DNA of 64,000 nt, from IMG/VR virus record IMGVR_UViG_3300029922_000013, positions 64,001-128,000 of that record. One strand, given 5' to 3'. A model generated the notes under the pieces. The model was given only the letters and a program-made list of their open reading frames with translations. It did not search any database and was not told where the DNA came from. Below are positions 9,574 to 18,987 of the stretch, piece by piece. Within the stretch, counting starts at the first letter, position 1. Each line of letters starts with the position of its first letter. The position numbers and the translations under genes were made by a program. This DNA comes from a virus.

Positions 9574-10495
9574 AAAATTCTGGGATGATGATAGCGGTTT
9601 TTCAGATAATCCTGTTCAATATAAAGATGGCAAGTGGCAAGAAGGTGACACCTATACACCAGTTCCTGACAATACTCTTAGGAATTCAAGACCTCAAGCG
9701 CATCAGCAACCTAAGCCTGTAGCGCCACAAGAAGTGAGTCTAGAAGAACTTATTGAACAAGTTTCTCAAGAAGATGATGAAGAAGACTTTGAATCCGTAC
9801 TTTCCGATGCCCGTCTGCGCCTAGAACAAGGCAAGCTCTACGAGATGGTCATGCAGCACGATCTCTTCAGCGGCCTAGAAGTTGATCCAAGAGCTACAAA
9901 AAGTGTTCAGAAACAAATTCGAAAGTTTGCCCAAGAACGCATGGAAATAATGCTTGGAATGCGTCAAGAAAAGGATGCTCAAAATACGATCGTTTCTTCG
10001 CCTTTCAATGATACAGAAGTTACTGTCCTAAAAATGCTTGCAGAAAAGGCTTCTGGTGGTCTAAGCAAATCTGAAGAAGCTAATAGGCCTCACCCTGTTC
10101 AAACAACTCAAGTGGCCAAGAAAACAACTATAAATACCATAGGGTCTAAGCCCAAAGCTCTGGTAAAGCCTGTTCAAAAGAAGGTTGAGCCTCTTCAGCG
10201 GCCTAAAGTTCAAGCTAAGCCTCTGTTGCCACCTGAAATGGAACCAGACTACGAGCCACTCGACAAGCCTATACATGAAATGACTGCGGCAGAACTTGCA
10301 GAGCGGGATAAACAGGCCTTGGAACGTCAAAAGAATAGAAAGTCAGCTATTCCAGCCGACAGAGCGCCGATGCCAGACTACGCTACAATGGAAATGATCG
10401 CGTCTAGCCAAGTGAATAAAGCTGTCGGGAATCCTCAAAAAGGTAATCTGTCAGCCATGATCATGGCCAATCTCAAGGGTGCCGGCAAGATATGA
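9566..10495 (+). CDS. Hypothetical protein (acidic N-terminus, Pro/Lys-rich C-terminus)
   Basis: Long ORF, SD GAGG before ATG 9566. Confidence 0.75.
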   Translation: MSKKFWDDDSGFSDNPVQYKDGKWQEGDTYTPVPDNTLRNSRPQAHQQPKPVAPQEVSLEELIEQVSQEDDEEDFESVLSDARLRLEQGKLYEMVMQHDLFSGLEVDPRATKSVQKQIRKFAQERMEIMLGMRQEKDAQNTIVSSPFNDTEVTVLKMLAEKASGGLSKSEEANRPHPVQTTQVAKKTTINTIGSKPKALVKPVQKKVEPLQRPKVQAKPLLPPEMEPDYEPLDKPIHEMTAAELAERDKQALERQKNRKSAIPADRAPMPDYATMEMIASSQVNKAVGNPQKGNLSAMIMANLKGAGKI

Positions 10496-10971
10496 AAAAA
10501 AAGATCGAAAGAACTAAGAAGAATACGAAATGTTTCTTTGAATGGTGTCAAAAAAATCGCTCAAAGTCTACCAATAGTGGTAGAAGTATATACTGTAATT
10601 CTCATCGGCAGAGAGCAACTATAAATACTTTTTTAAGTAGCCTGCATAGAGGTATGAAACGAAGAGTGGAAGGGAAAAATTCTCATAATAGAGGAAATTG
10701 GAAAGGCAAACCACTTCTTCCTAGAGATATTTTTATGACTTGGGCCAAAAATCATCCTGACTTTCTAAGTCTTTATAAAAGATATATTATGAATAAATTT
10801 GACAGAAAATTAGCGCCTTCTATTAATAGAATTGATTCCAACAAAGGTTACACTCTAGATAACATTGAGTGGATGACCAGTTCTCAAAATTCAGGATTAG
10901 CTGGCACAGTTAAAAAAATGAACAACAGAGAAAAGAAAGTAATTTATCAAGTATTGGGAGTAAAACAATGA
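10492..10971 (+). CDS. Putative His-Me-finger / HNH-like free-standing endonuclease
   Basis: APSINRIDSNKGYTLDNIEW matches the phage SIDRIDxxxGYxxxN motif; very basic; N-terminal Cys/His cluster. Confidence 0.6.
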   Translation: MKKKIERTKKNTKCFFEWCQKNRSKSTNSGRSIYCNSHRQRATINTFLSSLHRGMKRRVEGKNSHNRGNWKGKPLLPRDIFMTWAKNHPDFLSLYKRYIMNKFDRKLAPSINRIDSNKGYTLDNIEWMTSSQNSGLAGTVKKMNNREKKVIYQVLGVKQ

Positions 10972-11720
10972 AAAATAGTAAAAAGTTAGAAAAGATTCTT
11001 TTGATTCCAGATTCGCATTTTCCTTATGAAGATAAAAAAGCTTTTGAGCTTATGTTGAAGGTAGCAAAGAGTTTTAAACCTGACCATTCAATCATTCTAG
11101 GAGATTTCATCGATTGCTACTCGGTTAGTTCTCACTCCAAGCATCCTAACCGTGCCCTTAAGCTTAAAGACGAAGTTGAGGCCACCAGAGAAGCTTTGGA
11201 CAGAGTCAAAGCCATTGGTGCTAAAAACAATGTTTTTGTGTCTGGTAATCACGAAGATCGCCTAGAACGTTATTTGATGGATCGTGCTCCGGAACTGTTT
11301 GACTTCATTTCGACGCCCCACATTTTGGAACTGAAAGAAAAGGGGTTCAAGTATATACCTTACAAACAATCCTACAAGCTAGGCAAGTTGAACGTTACTC
11401 ACGATACTGGGGTAGCCGGCAGGTACGCTCACTATAAGTCGATGGATGCTTTCCAGCATAACATCGTTATTGGGCATACTCATCGTCTGGGCTATGCTGT
11501 AGAAGGCAACGCTCAGGGAGAACGGCATGTTACAGCCATGTTTGGCTGGCTCGGCGATGTAGAACAAATTGACTACATGCACCGGGTCAAGGCCATTAAA
11601 GACTGGAGTTTGGGCTTTGGAATTGGATACTTGGAACCCAAGACTGGAACTGTATATTTGGTTCCAATTCCAATTGTCAACTATACTTGTGTTGTAGAAG
11701 GTAAACTTTACAGTCTTTGA
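10968..11720 (+). CDS. Calcineurin-like metallophosphoesterase
   Basis: PDSH, LGDFID, GNHE, GHTH. Confidence 0.85.
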   Translation: MKNSKKLEKILLIPDSHFPYEDKKAFELMLKVAKSFKPDHSIILGDFIDCYSVSSHSKHPNRALKLKDEVEATREALDRVKAIGAKNNVFVSGNHEDRLERYLMDRAPELFDFISTPHILELKEKGFKYIPYKQSYKLGKLNVTHDTGVAGRYAHYKSMDAFQHNIVIGHTHRLGYAVEGNAQGERHVTAMFGWLGDVEQIDYMHRVKAIKDWSLGFGIGYLEPKTGTVYLVPIPIVNYTCVVEGKLYSL

Positions 11721-11730
11721 AAGTGATTTA

Positions 11731-12114
11731 ATGGGAAAACAAGAAGAACTCATAAAATTGGATAGGGCTATTAAAGATGCTGAAGTCAGGATTAGAACTT
11801 TTGCTACTAATGTAGACACTTTACAAAAAGAAATAGACTTCCTATTGAATATAGAGAGACAACTAGAAGAAAATATAGCCTATCTTAAAAATATCAAAAT
11901 AGTGGCTTTAGCTATGGAATACAAAAAAGCTAAGGAAGACTTAAAGAAAACTAAGACTAGGATATCTCAAGTTAGTGTAGATAGAACCAATAACGAGAAA
12001 GCTGTTAAAGAAATAGAGTTTCTGTTGCAAAAGAATAAAGAGGCATATGATCAACTTACAAAGAATAGCGAAAACAACGTCCTACAGGGAAAGTTTGGGA
12101 AGCCTCGTGATTAA
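11731..12114 (+). CDS. Hypothetical coiled-coil protein
   Basis: ORF in operon. Confidence 0.7.
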   Translation: MGKQEELIKLDRAIKDAEVRIRTFATNVDTLQKEIDFLLNIERQLEENIAYLKNIKIVALAMEYKKAKEDLKKTKTRISQVSVDRTNNEKAVKEIEFLLQKNKEAYDQLTKNSENNVLQGKFGKPRD

Positions 12115-12337
12115 GGAAGATTTCAAAAAAAGAATATTAGAAGACCCCGATTTCATTAAATGCTTTAAGTGCAGTAATTCACTCAGCAAGTTCTTGGCTA
12201 GTAGTTCAAAAACGCTTGAGAATTCAACGATTGCTAAACTTCTCATGTTAACTGAAAAAGAAGTTGAAGAAATATATCAAGAAGCTGTTGACAAATTAAA
12301 AGAAGGTGTGGTAGAGTCTGGTTCAGAGGATACGTAA
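12107..12337 (+). CDS. Hypothetical protein, possible region-4-like HTH
   Basis: GTG start; ENSTIAKLLMLTEKEVEEIYQEAVDKLK. Confidence 0.5.
   Translation: MIKEDFKKRILEDPDFIKCFKCSNSLSKFLASSSKTLENSTIAKLLMLTEKEVEEIYQEAVDKLKEGVVESGSEDT
12288..12317 (+). promoter_or_regulatory. sigma70-type promoter for the exonuclease-dnaE unit
   Basis: TTGACA-N18-TAGAGT with TG extension. Confidence 0.55.
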
Positions 12338-12338
12338 A

Positions 12339-12512
12339 ATGGAAAACGAAATATGTCTACAATGTTCCGGAACTGAATCAGTAATCAAGCCTAAAGAAGC
12401 TCATCAAAACGGATCTAGCTATATCTTTAATCTAACCTTGGATTGCGATTGCGCAGTAGAAAAAATTGCAGAAATGGATATTCATTCTGCTAAGTTTTTG
12501 AGGATGATCTGA
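12339..12512 (+). CDS. Small protein with CxxC...CxC, 57 aa (not in ORF track)
   Basis: MENEICLQCS...LDCDCA; fills the gap exactly; SD GAGG. Confidence 0.65.
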   Translation: MENEICLQCSGTESVIKPKEAHQNGSSYIFNLTLDCDCAVEKIAEMDIHSAKFLRMI

Positions 12513-12513
12513 A

Positions 12514-13149
12514 ATGTCTAATTTCTATCTAGCTTTTGACTCGGAAACTGGTGGTCTAAATCCTAAAAAAGCAGACATGCTGACTCTGTACATGGCTGTC
12601 ATAGATGAAGATTTTAAAGTTCTGGAAGAGTTGGATTTTAAGTTAAAGCCTGATGGGGATCGACTACCTATTGCTGAAGCTGGTGCGCTGAAGGTTAACG
12701 GCATAGATTTACGGAAACATCTGGAAGATCCAGAAATTATTACTTATTCTGAAGCAAAAGAAAAAGTAGTAGTTATGATTAAAAAATATCTTAAAAAGAA
12801 CGGAAGATATAGCAATATCAGACCTTTAGGACAGAACGTTCAATTCGATATAGATTATGTTCAGGAATATGTCCTACCTAAGGACGAATGGGATTCCATG
12901 GTCCATTATGGGAAAGTGGATACTAAGATTTGTGTGGATTTTCTAAAGGATTGTGGTTGGTTCCCCAAGGATATCGGTAATTTAGGATCTATCGTAAGTT
13001 ATCTAAACATACCTATGGGAAAAGCCCACACAGCAAAGGCCGATACATTGGCTTGTGTTGAAGTGTACAAGAAACTGCTAGAACTCATGAAAAGTAAAAA
13101 GGATAACAGTCAATCAGTTGACTTAATCTCCTTGCTGGAGGCTGAATGA
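12514..13149 (+). CDS. DEDDh 3'-5' exonuclease (DnaQ/epsilon-like)
   Basis: FDSETGGL, GQNVQFD, AHTAKAD. Confidence 0.88.
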   Translation: MSNFYLAFDSETGGLNPKKADMLTLYMAVIDEDFKVLEELDFKLKPDGDRLPIAEAGALKVNGIDLRKHLEDPEIITYSEAKEKVVVMIKKYLKKNGRYSNIRPLGQNVQFDIDYVQEYVLPKDEWDSMVHYGKVDTKICVDFLKDCGWFPKDIGNLGSIVSYLNIPMGKAHTAKADTLACVEVYKKLLELMKSKKDNSQSVDLISLLEAE

Positions 13150-13268
13150 GCGATAAGAAGCCCTCAGATATACCTAAGCCTATTTCTGATGGGCAACGTA
13201 AAACTAAGATCAATCGTCGTAAAACTGCTAAAAAGTCTAGGTTGGCCAATAAGAGGAAGGGTAAATGA
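13146..13268 (+). CDS. Small basic protein, 40 aa (not in ORF track)
   Basis: MSDKKPSE...RRKTAKKSRLANKRKGK; ATGA overlaps at both ends. Confidence 0.65.
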   Translation: MSDKKPSDIPKPISDGQRKTKINRRKTAKKSRLANKRKGK

Positions 13269-16200
13269 AAGTCTCTCCACACACTCATGTAGAATCCTTT
13301 TTGACAGCATCTAATCTGGATACCTTCATAGAACGTGCTGTGGCTCTTAAGCGCAGTTATTTCTCATGCACAGACCATGGATATCTATATTCTAGCTTTA
13401 AAGCTTATAAACAAGCCAAAGAAGCCAAACTTAAGCCTATTTTGGGTCTAGAGTTCTATTTTAAGGACCCCATGTGTCCTGCGACCTCTGGAACTAGAGC
13501 TGACCGATGTTCCTATTACTCAGCTACCGTTTATTGCGAAGACCAAGAAGCTTACCAAGCTTTGTGTAAATTGGTATCTAGAACAGACTTTCAAACTATC
13601 GAAGTTAGAGAAGAAAGCCAGAATCTTTTTACCTGGGCCGATCTTGAATTGCTGTCTAAGTACAATACCAACCTAGTCTTAGGCGGTCCTCATTGTATCG
13701 TGGGAAAAGCCTATCTAGCTTCTAGTGCAGAAATAGGTTTAAAAGTTTTCAATGAACTGCGCTCTTTATTCGAGGATCGTTTATACGTTGCCATGATTTG
13801 TGAGCCATGGGACAAAAAATACGCTAGAGTTATAAAAATTAAGTACACTGACGGCACTTCTGACTCTATTATGGGTTCTGATATCGTTAGTACTGACAAA
13901 GCCCGTAAGATCAAAGCCTCAGACCTTATAGAGCGTTCTGGACACTCTGTGATCGTTTCTAAGGTAGTTGGGGGTATGTTTACGAAGGTAGACAAAGATA
14001 TCGACACAGTTAAGCTACACACGGGATATTTGCCTTTGCCCTGCGATGTAACGTTAAAAATCAATAAGTTTTTGAAGCTTTTGGCTGATAGGTATAATGT
14101 ACCAGTTCTAGCTTCTGATTATGCCTATTACGCCCACAAGGAAGACAAAGTAGTCCAGCATGTGGTTTTGGAAGGTAAAGACAAGATTCGTGCCAATCAG
14201 CACATGAGAACCGAAGAAGAAATTTACCACTATCTTTATAATAAACTGAACTTGTCTCAAGAAGAAGCTGCAAAAGTTCTGGCCAATAATGACAAATGGG
14301 CTAGCCTATTTGACAATTTTAAGCTAGAGTATCAATGGCGGTTGGCAGATCCAGGCGGAGACCCGCTCAAGAAAGCTATGGACATCATCAAGCGCAATGG
14401 TCGCATGCGATGGGATGACCCGGTTTACGTGGATAGGCTTCGTACAGAAATTAAAGTCATTGCTAAAAATGGAATTAAAGATCTGACCCCCTATTTTCTA
14501 CCTATTGTGGAGATCTTAGATCATTATACAGAACAAAAGCAGCTTACTAGTGTCGGTCGTGGATCTGCAGGAGGCAGCCTATTTTGCTATTTATTGGGGA
14601 TAACCAATATAGATCCTATTCGTTATAACTTGCCTTTTAGTCGATTTTTCTCCAAGACTCGTATCGAGATGAAAAAACTTCCAGATATTGATACGGATTT
14701 GCCCCAGAAGATCACTTTAATCGGCGAAGATGGAAACTCCGGCTTTCTATATAAAAGATGGGGCAATTGTGCTGGACATATTTCAACTAGACAAACCGTT
14801 AGGTTACGTTCGTCCATCAAAGATGCTGATCGATATTTAAATGGAAAAGTATCTCAGGATATTGAACGGTTGACGGCTGGATTGCCACTGCCACCGCAAC
14901 TAGTTAGCGACAAAAACTTTGTGTTTGGATATGAAAACGAAGAAGAAGGCGGGGAACACATTCCTGGTCTAGTTGACACTAATGAAGATTTGCAGAAATA
15001 TATAAAAGACCGTCCCAAAGATTGGAACATAGTGTCCAAAGCTTTGGGGATAACTCGGGCTTTTGGTAAGCATGCCTGCGCCCAGGTCTTGTCCGACATT
15101 CCCCTAGATCAAATCATCCCTCTTAAAGAAGGGTACATTACACATTATACTCATAAAGAAGCGGAAGCCGCTGGTTTGGTTAAGTACGATTTTTTGACCA
15201 TCTCCCAACTTTTAGATATCCAGGTATGCCTGGAACTAATAAACAAGAAAAACGGAGATGATTTTCAACCCGGTTATTTTACACATAATGGAGTTAAAAC
15301 GTACATTTGGGATCTTCCAGAAGATCTTTTGACCTATAAAAGCATCTGGAGTGGAAACACGGTTTCTCTGTTCCAAATCAATTCCAAAGGAATGTCGGAC
15401 TTGGCTCAAAAGATCAAACCCACCAGATTGGAAGACTTAGCTTCAATTCTAGCACTGGAACGTCCCGGCCCTAAAGACTACATTGATCCAGTTACTGGAT
15501 TGAACATGGTGGAAGAATACGTGTTGCGTCGTAATGGTGAATCGGAGCCAGACATAAAAGAACTGGCTGAGATTCTTCCAGACACCTATGGGACTCTTTG
15601 CTATCAAGAAGATCTTGGGAAAGTTGCGAAACTACTGGCTGGATTTAGCGATGAAGATGCGGAATTGCTTAGAGAGAGCATGGCTAAAAAGAACATGCCT
15701 AAGCTTACAAAAATTAAGCCATCTTTTATAGCCGGAGCAGTTAAGAAGGTTTCTTTAGAAACTGCCGAAAAAATTTGGGAACAAATGGTGACTTTCGGAA
15801 GATATGGATTCTCCATTATCCATAGTTATGAATATGCTATGGTTACCTACGCTTGCATGTTTTTGCGTCATAATTACGAACTTGCCTGGTGGTCTGCCGT
15901 TCTCTCTAACGCTCAAGAAAAAGAAATCACGGGCAAATTTTGGCCGCACGTAAAGAACTTGGTTGCTCCTCCAGACATCAATTTAAGCACCGACACTATG
16001 GTTCCTGACTATGCTAATCATAAAATTAGGGCAAAACTTGGAGTGATTAGAGGCATCGGGGATGCCACTATCGATCCTATAGTAGCTAATCGTCCTTATA
16101 AAGACATACAAGATTTTGTTGATAAGGACGTAGCGGGCAGAACTTTGGCCCATAAACTAGTTCACGTCGGAATTTTAGACTCTTTGTTTAAGCCTAATAT

Positions 16201-16816
16201 GTCTTTAATAGAAAAATTAAAGGCGTACGAAGATGCTGTTGAAGTTAAAAAATTCCAGGATAGTAAAACTAAAGCAGATAAGACGGGGAAGAAAATTAGA
16301 GCTTTACAGCCCAAAGAGGGCACTGTACCAGAAAAGTATATTAACTTAGATCCACTTATCGATGCTGCTTTGAAAAAAGCAACTCTCCCCACAATCCCTA
16401 TAGATTTGCATACTCTGGGGGCTAAACATAGTAAAATTGCAGATAAAAACTCATCTTCACCCAAAGTGTATGATTCGGTTTGGGACAGGTCAATTTTTTT
16501 AGTTGATGGATCAACCATTGAAAAATTGGATCACTTGAAGGGTTATCAAGTTGAAAAAGATGTCTATGTTGCCGTCACATGCTATATAATCGAAGCTAAG
16601 GAATTTTCCTATTCCAAAGGTACTAAAAGAGCGTTGAAGCTAATCGTAGATTGTGGTAATTACATCTGTGAAAAAGTCCAGTGGCCCGACTACAATACTG
16701 GAGAATTAAGCTATGAAATTGGAGTCAAAAAGGGCGCTATTTGTACGATATTTATGCGTAAAAAAGCAGGGAAAGATGGCGAAATGAATGTCACCAGATT
16801 AGTTGTAGAAGTTTAG
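13265..16816 (+). CDS. dnaE: DNA polymerase III alpha subunit
   Basis: PHP domain (HTH, TDHG), GRGSAGGSL, PDIDTD, KHAC, KYDFL, LFQ, YQE, YGFSIIH. Confidence 0.96.
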   Translation: MKVSPHTHVESFLTASNLDTFIERAVALKRSYFSCTDHGYLYSSFKAYKQAKEAKLKPILGLEFYFKDPMCPATSGTRADRCSYYSATVYCEDQEAYQALCKLVSRTDFQTIEVREESQNLFTWADLELLSKYNTNLVLGGPHCIVGKAYLASSAEIGLKVFNELRSLFEDRLYVAMICEPWDKKYARVIKIKYTDGTSDSIMGSDIVSTDKARKIKASDLIERSGHSVIVSKVVGGMFTKVDKDIDTVKLHTGYLPLPCDVTLKINKFLKLLADRYNVPVLASDYAYYAHKEDKVVQHVVLEGKDKIRANQHMRTEEEIYHYLYNKLNLSQEEAAKVLANNDKWASLFDNFKLEYQWRLADPGGDPLKKAMDIIKRNGRMRWDDPVYVDRLRTEIKVIAKNGIKDLTPYFLPIVEILDHYTEQKQLTSVGRGSAGGSLFCYLLGITNIDPIRYNLPFSRFFSKTRIEMKKLPDIDTDLPQKITLIGEDGNSGFLYKRWGNCAGHISTRQTVRLRSSIKDADRYLNGKVSQDIERLTAGLPLPPQLVSDKNFVFGYENEEEGGEHIPGLVDTNEDLQKYIKDRPKDWNIVSKALGITRAFGKHACAQVLSDIPLDQIIPLKEGYITHYTHKEAEAAGLVKYDFLTISQLLDIQVCLELINKKNGDDFQPGYFTHNGVKTYIWDLPEDLLTYKSIWSGNTVSLFQINSKGMSDLAQKIKPTRLEDLASILALERPGPKDYIDPVTGLNMVEEYVLRRNGESEPDIKELAEILPDTYGTLCYQEDLGKVAKLLAGFSDEDAELLRESMAKKNMPKLTKIKPSFIAGAVKKVSLETAEKIWEQMVTFGRYGFSIIHSYEYAMVTYACMFLRHNYELAWWSAVLSNAQEKEITGKFWPHVKNLVAPPDINLSTDTMVPDYANHKIRAKLGVIRGIGDATIDPIVANRPYKDIQDFVDKDVAGRTLAHKLVHVGILDSLFKPNMSLIEKLKAYEDAVEVKKFQDSKTKADKTGKKIRALQPKEGTVPEKYINLDPLIDAALKKATLPTIPIDLHTLGAKHSKIADKNSSSPKVYDSVWDRSIFLVDGSTIEKLDHLKGYQVEKDVYVAVTCYIIEAKEFSYSKGTKRALKLIVDCGNYICEKVQWPDYNTGELSYEIGVKKGAICTIFMRKKAGKDGEMNVTRLVVEV

Positions 16817-16824
16817 GATTTATA

Positions 16825-16854
16825 TTGACAAACTCAAAATAGGTGTGTTAAAGT
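16825..16854 (+). promoter_or_regulatory. sigma70-type promoter, leaderless
   Basis: TTGACA-N18-TAAAGT with TG extension; ATG 6 nt downstream. Confidence 0.6.
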
Positions 16855-16860
16855 GTGAAT

Positions 16861-17568
16861 ATGAGATTTGCAATTTTCTTGTTGTTTCTTCTTATAACAC
16901 CAGCTATAGCTAAGGTTTATAAAGACCCCGTTAAAGTTGCTTTGGTTGATACCGGTCTTGATTTGAATGATCCTCGTCTTAAAGATCACTTGTGTCTTAC
17001 CGGACACAAAGATTTTACTGGAGATGGATTGAGAGATACGAATGGTCACGGAACTCACCTTGCCGGGCTAATACAGCAATATGCTGGCGAAGGTAACTAT
17101 TGTCTGTTAATTTATAAGTATTACTCTAGCAATGCGGACGGCTATACTAATTTAACGAACGAAATTAGAAGCTTCCGTGAAGCCATTAAAAATGGCGCTA
17201 CTTTGATAAATCTTTCAGGAGGTGGCCCAAGTTTTAGTAGGCAAGAATACAATGTCATTCACGACAATCAAAAAGTAACCTTCATTGTGGCTGCTGGAAA
17301 TGAAGGGGAAAACATAGAAACTCAAGAAGGTGGCTTTTATCCTGCCTCATTCTTCTTAAAGAATGAGATAATTGTTGGTAATCTAGATAAAGATGGATAC
17401 AGGGCTCCATCATCTAATTGGGCCTACAACCAAATTTCATGGGAAATAGGTCAGAATGTTTTGTCTGATCTTCCCGACGATACAATGGGGCGCATGTCTG
17501 GAACATCTCAAGCCACTGCAATCCATACAGGTAAGATACTAAAAAGGATTCTACATGGAACAAACTAA
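16861..17568 (+). CDS. Secreted subtilisin-like (S8) serine protease
   Basis: Signal peptide ending AIA; VDTG, NGHGTH, AAGN, SGTSQA. Confidence 0.9.
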   Translation: MRFAIFLLFLLITPAIAKVYKDPVKVALVDTGLDLNDPRLKDHLCLTGHKDFTGDGLRDTNGHGTHLAGLIQQYAGEGNYCLLIYKYYSSNADGYTNLTNEIRSFREAIKNGATLINLSGGGPSFSRQEYNVIHDNQKVTFIVAAGNEGENIETQEGGFYPASFFLKNEIIVGNLDKDGYRAPSSNWAYNQISWEIGQNVLSDLPDDTMGRMSGTSQATAIHTGKILKRILHGTN

Positions 17569-17800
17569 CCCATTTCAAAATAAGATCACTAAAACTAAAA
17601 AATTAGGCAAGGAAGCTTTTTTACAGGTAAGTATTAATGAAATATCTAAGCGGATTTTTGTTGACTTCTCATCTGTAGATGGTAAGATTAAAGTACAAAA
17701 GACATTTCAGAATAATTTTGAAGGTAAAAAAGAAGCAAAAGAGTTTGAAAAAAAGTTTAAGTCTATTAATGATCTCAAAAAGTATTTTGGCATAAAATGA
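17555..17800 (+). CDS. Hypothetical protein
   Basis: Overlapping ORF in operon. Confidence 0.7.
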   Translation: MEQTNPFQNKITKTKKLGKEAFLQVSINEISKRIFVDFSSVDGKIKVQKTFQNNFEGKKEAKEFEKKFKSINDLKKYFGIK

Positions 17801-18177
17801 AATATAAAAATATCGTTGTTTATGTAGACGGAGTGGACTATGAGCATGAAATTGGGGAAGCTTCAGATGGCAATAAGATTTTTCCCAGCATAAAAGCCCT
17901 CCAAGAAAACAACCGCTGCTGGGAAGGTTGCGGTGTGGTTAAGTGTGAGCTAGTGTTTAAGGAATGGGTTATCGAGTCCGATTATAGCGAAATGTTTAAA
18001 AATAGTAAACAGTATTCTTTAAAAGATATTCAGGAGAATCCTGAAATAATCAGACTGGAATCAGCCAAAAAAAGACTCACTTATTTAGAAGGATTAGTAG
18101 CTGGGGCAAAAGCAGAAATAAAAGTACGTAAAAAGTTGGTAGATAAAACAAAGGAGAAAAAGAATGTCGTTGAATAA
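17797..18177 (+). CDS. Hypothetical protein
   Basis: ATGA-coupled ORF. Confidence 0.7.
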   Translation: MKYKNIVVYVDGVDYEHEIGEASDGNKIFPSIKALQENNRCWEGCGVVKCELVFKEWVIESDYSEMFKNSKQYSLKDIQENPEIIRLESAKKRLTYLEGLVAGAKAEIKVRKKLVDKTKEKKNVVE

Positions 18178-18940
18178 AGTTCTAGAAGAAATTAAGAAAG
18201 TTAAGCCTCTCGTAGATGAGGACATTTCTGTAGGACCCAGAGAAACGTATGCTGGCCGTGAAGGAAGGCAGAGAAATGCTAAGGAAAGACTTAAAGGTCT
18301 TAAGGAACAGTATGTAGATGAATTGCGAACATCTGCAGCTTTCATTCTTGTGTCCGGCACACAAAAGGATAAGTTCTCAGATTTGGCCACACTAGAATTC
18401 AAGTGTTTCAGCGCTGACCCAGAAGGGTTCTATAAGGAACTTGCAAATAGGCTTCCAGAAGAACTTTATAAAAACAAAACGCCAGCAGCCACCCTGTTCG
18501 ATATCATGGGGCGCCATCTGGAAGATAAGGCCAGCGAAATGCAAATTGTTGGATATCCACAACTGATTATGAAGCAGCAATACCAACGTGCTCTTAGCGA
18601 CAAGAAAGACTTCGTGGCTTTAGTAAAACAAGCTATTAATGAGCAGGTAGGCTCTGAAATTGCTGGTATTCATGCTGTAAGGTCTATAGTTGATTTTGCA
18701 ATTAGTTCTGATCATGGGTCTAAGATCACCCCCATTGTCATGGTAACAGATGATGAATCGTTAGCACTAGATTTGTATCAAACACTGGGAAGAATTGGCT
18801 CCAGAGCGTTTTTGGTTGTAGCAGGCAAAGAAGCTAAAACCATTAAATCTAAAGAAGGAGTTTTTGTCGTTAAGGAGGTAACGAAAGAAAACGTAGAAAA
18901 TGCATTGACAAATATAAAATCACTATGTAAGAATAAATGA
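18164..18940 (+). CDS. Hypothetical protein
   Basis: ORF with AAGGAG SD. Confidence 0.75.
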   Translation: MSLNKVLEEIKKVKPLVDEDISVGPRETYAGREGRQRNAKERLKGLKEQYVDELRTSAAFILVSGTQKDKFSDLATLEFKCFSADPEGFYKELANRLPEELYKNKTPAATLFDIMGRHLEDKASEMQIVGYPQLIMKQQYQRALSDKKDFVALVKQAINEQVGSEIAGIHAVRSIVDFAISSDHGSKITPIVMVTDDESLALDLYQTLGRIGSRAFLVVAGKEAKTIKSKEGVFVVKEVTKENVENALTNIKSLCKNK

Positions 18941-18987
18941 TTGATGAAATTGAAAGAATATCTAAAATAAAAAGGGAAAGAAATAAC

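Noticed and set aside
13265-16816. Intein or intron in dnaE
   Set aside because: Continuous ORF of normal length with no C...HN/C splice motifs.
18164-18940. dNMP kinase call
   Set aside because: The ILVSGTQKDK segment lacks the GK[ST] P-loop; insufficient support.
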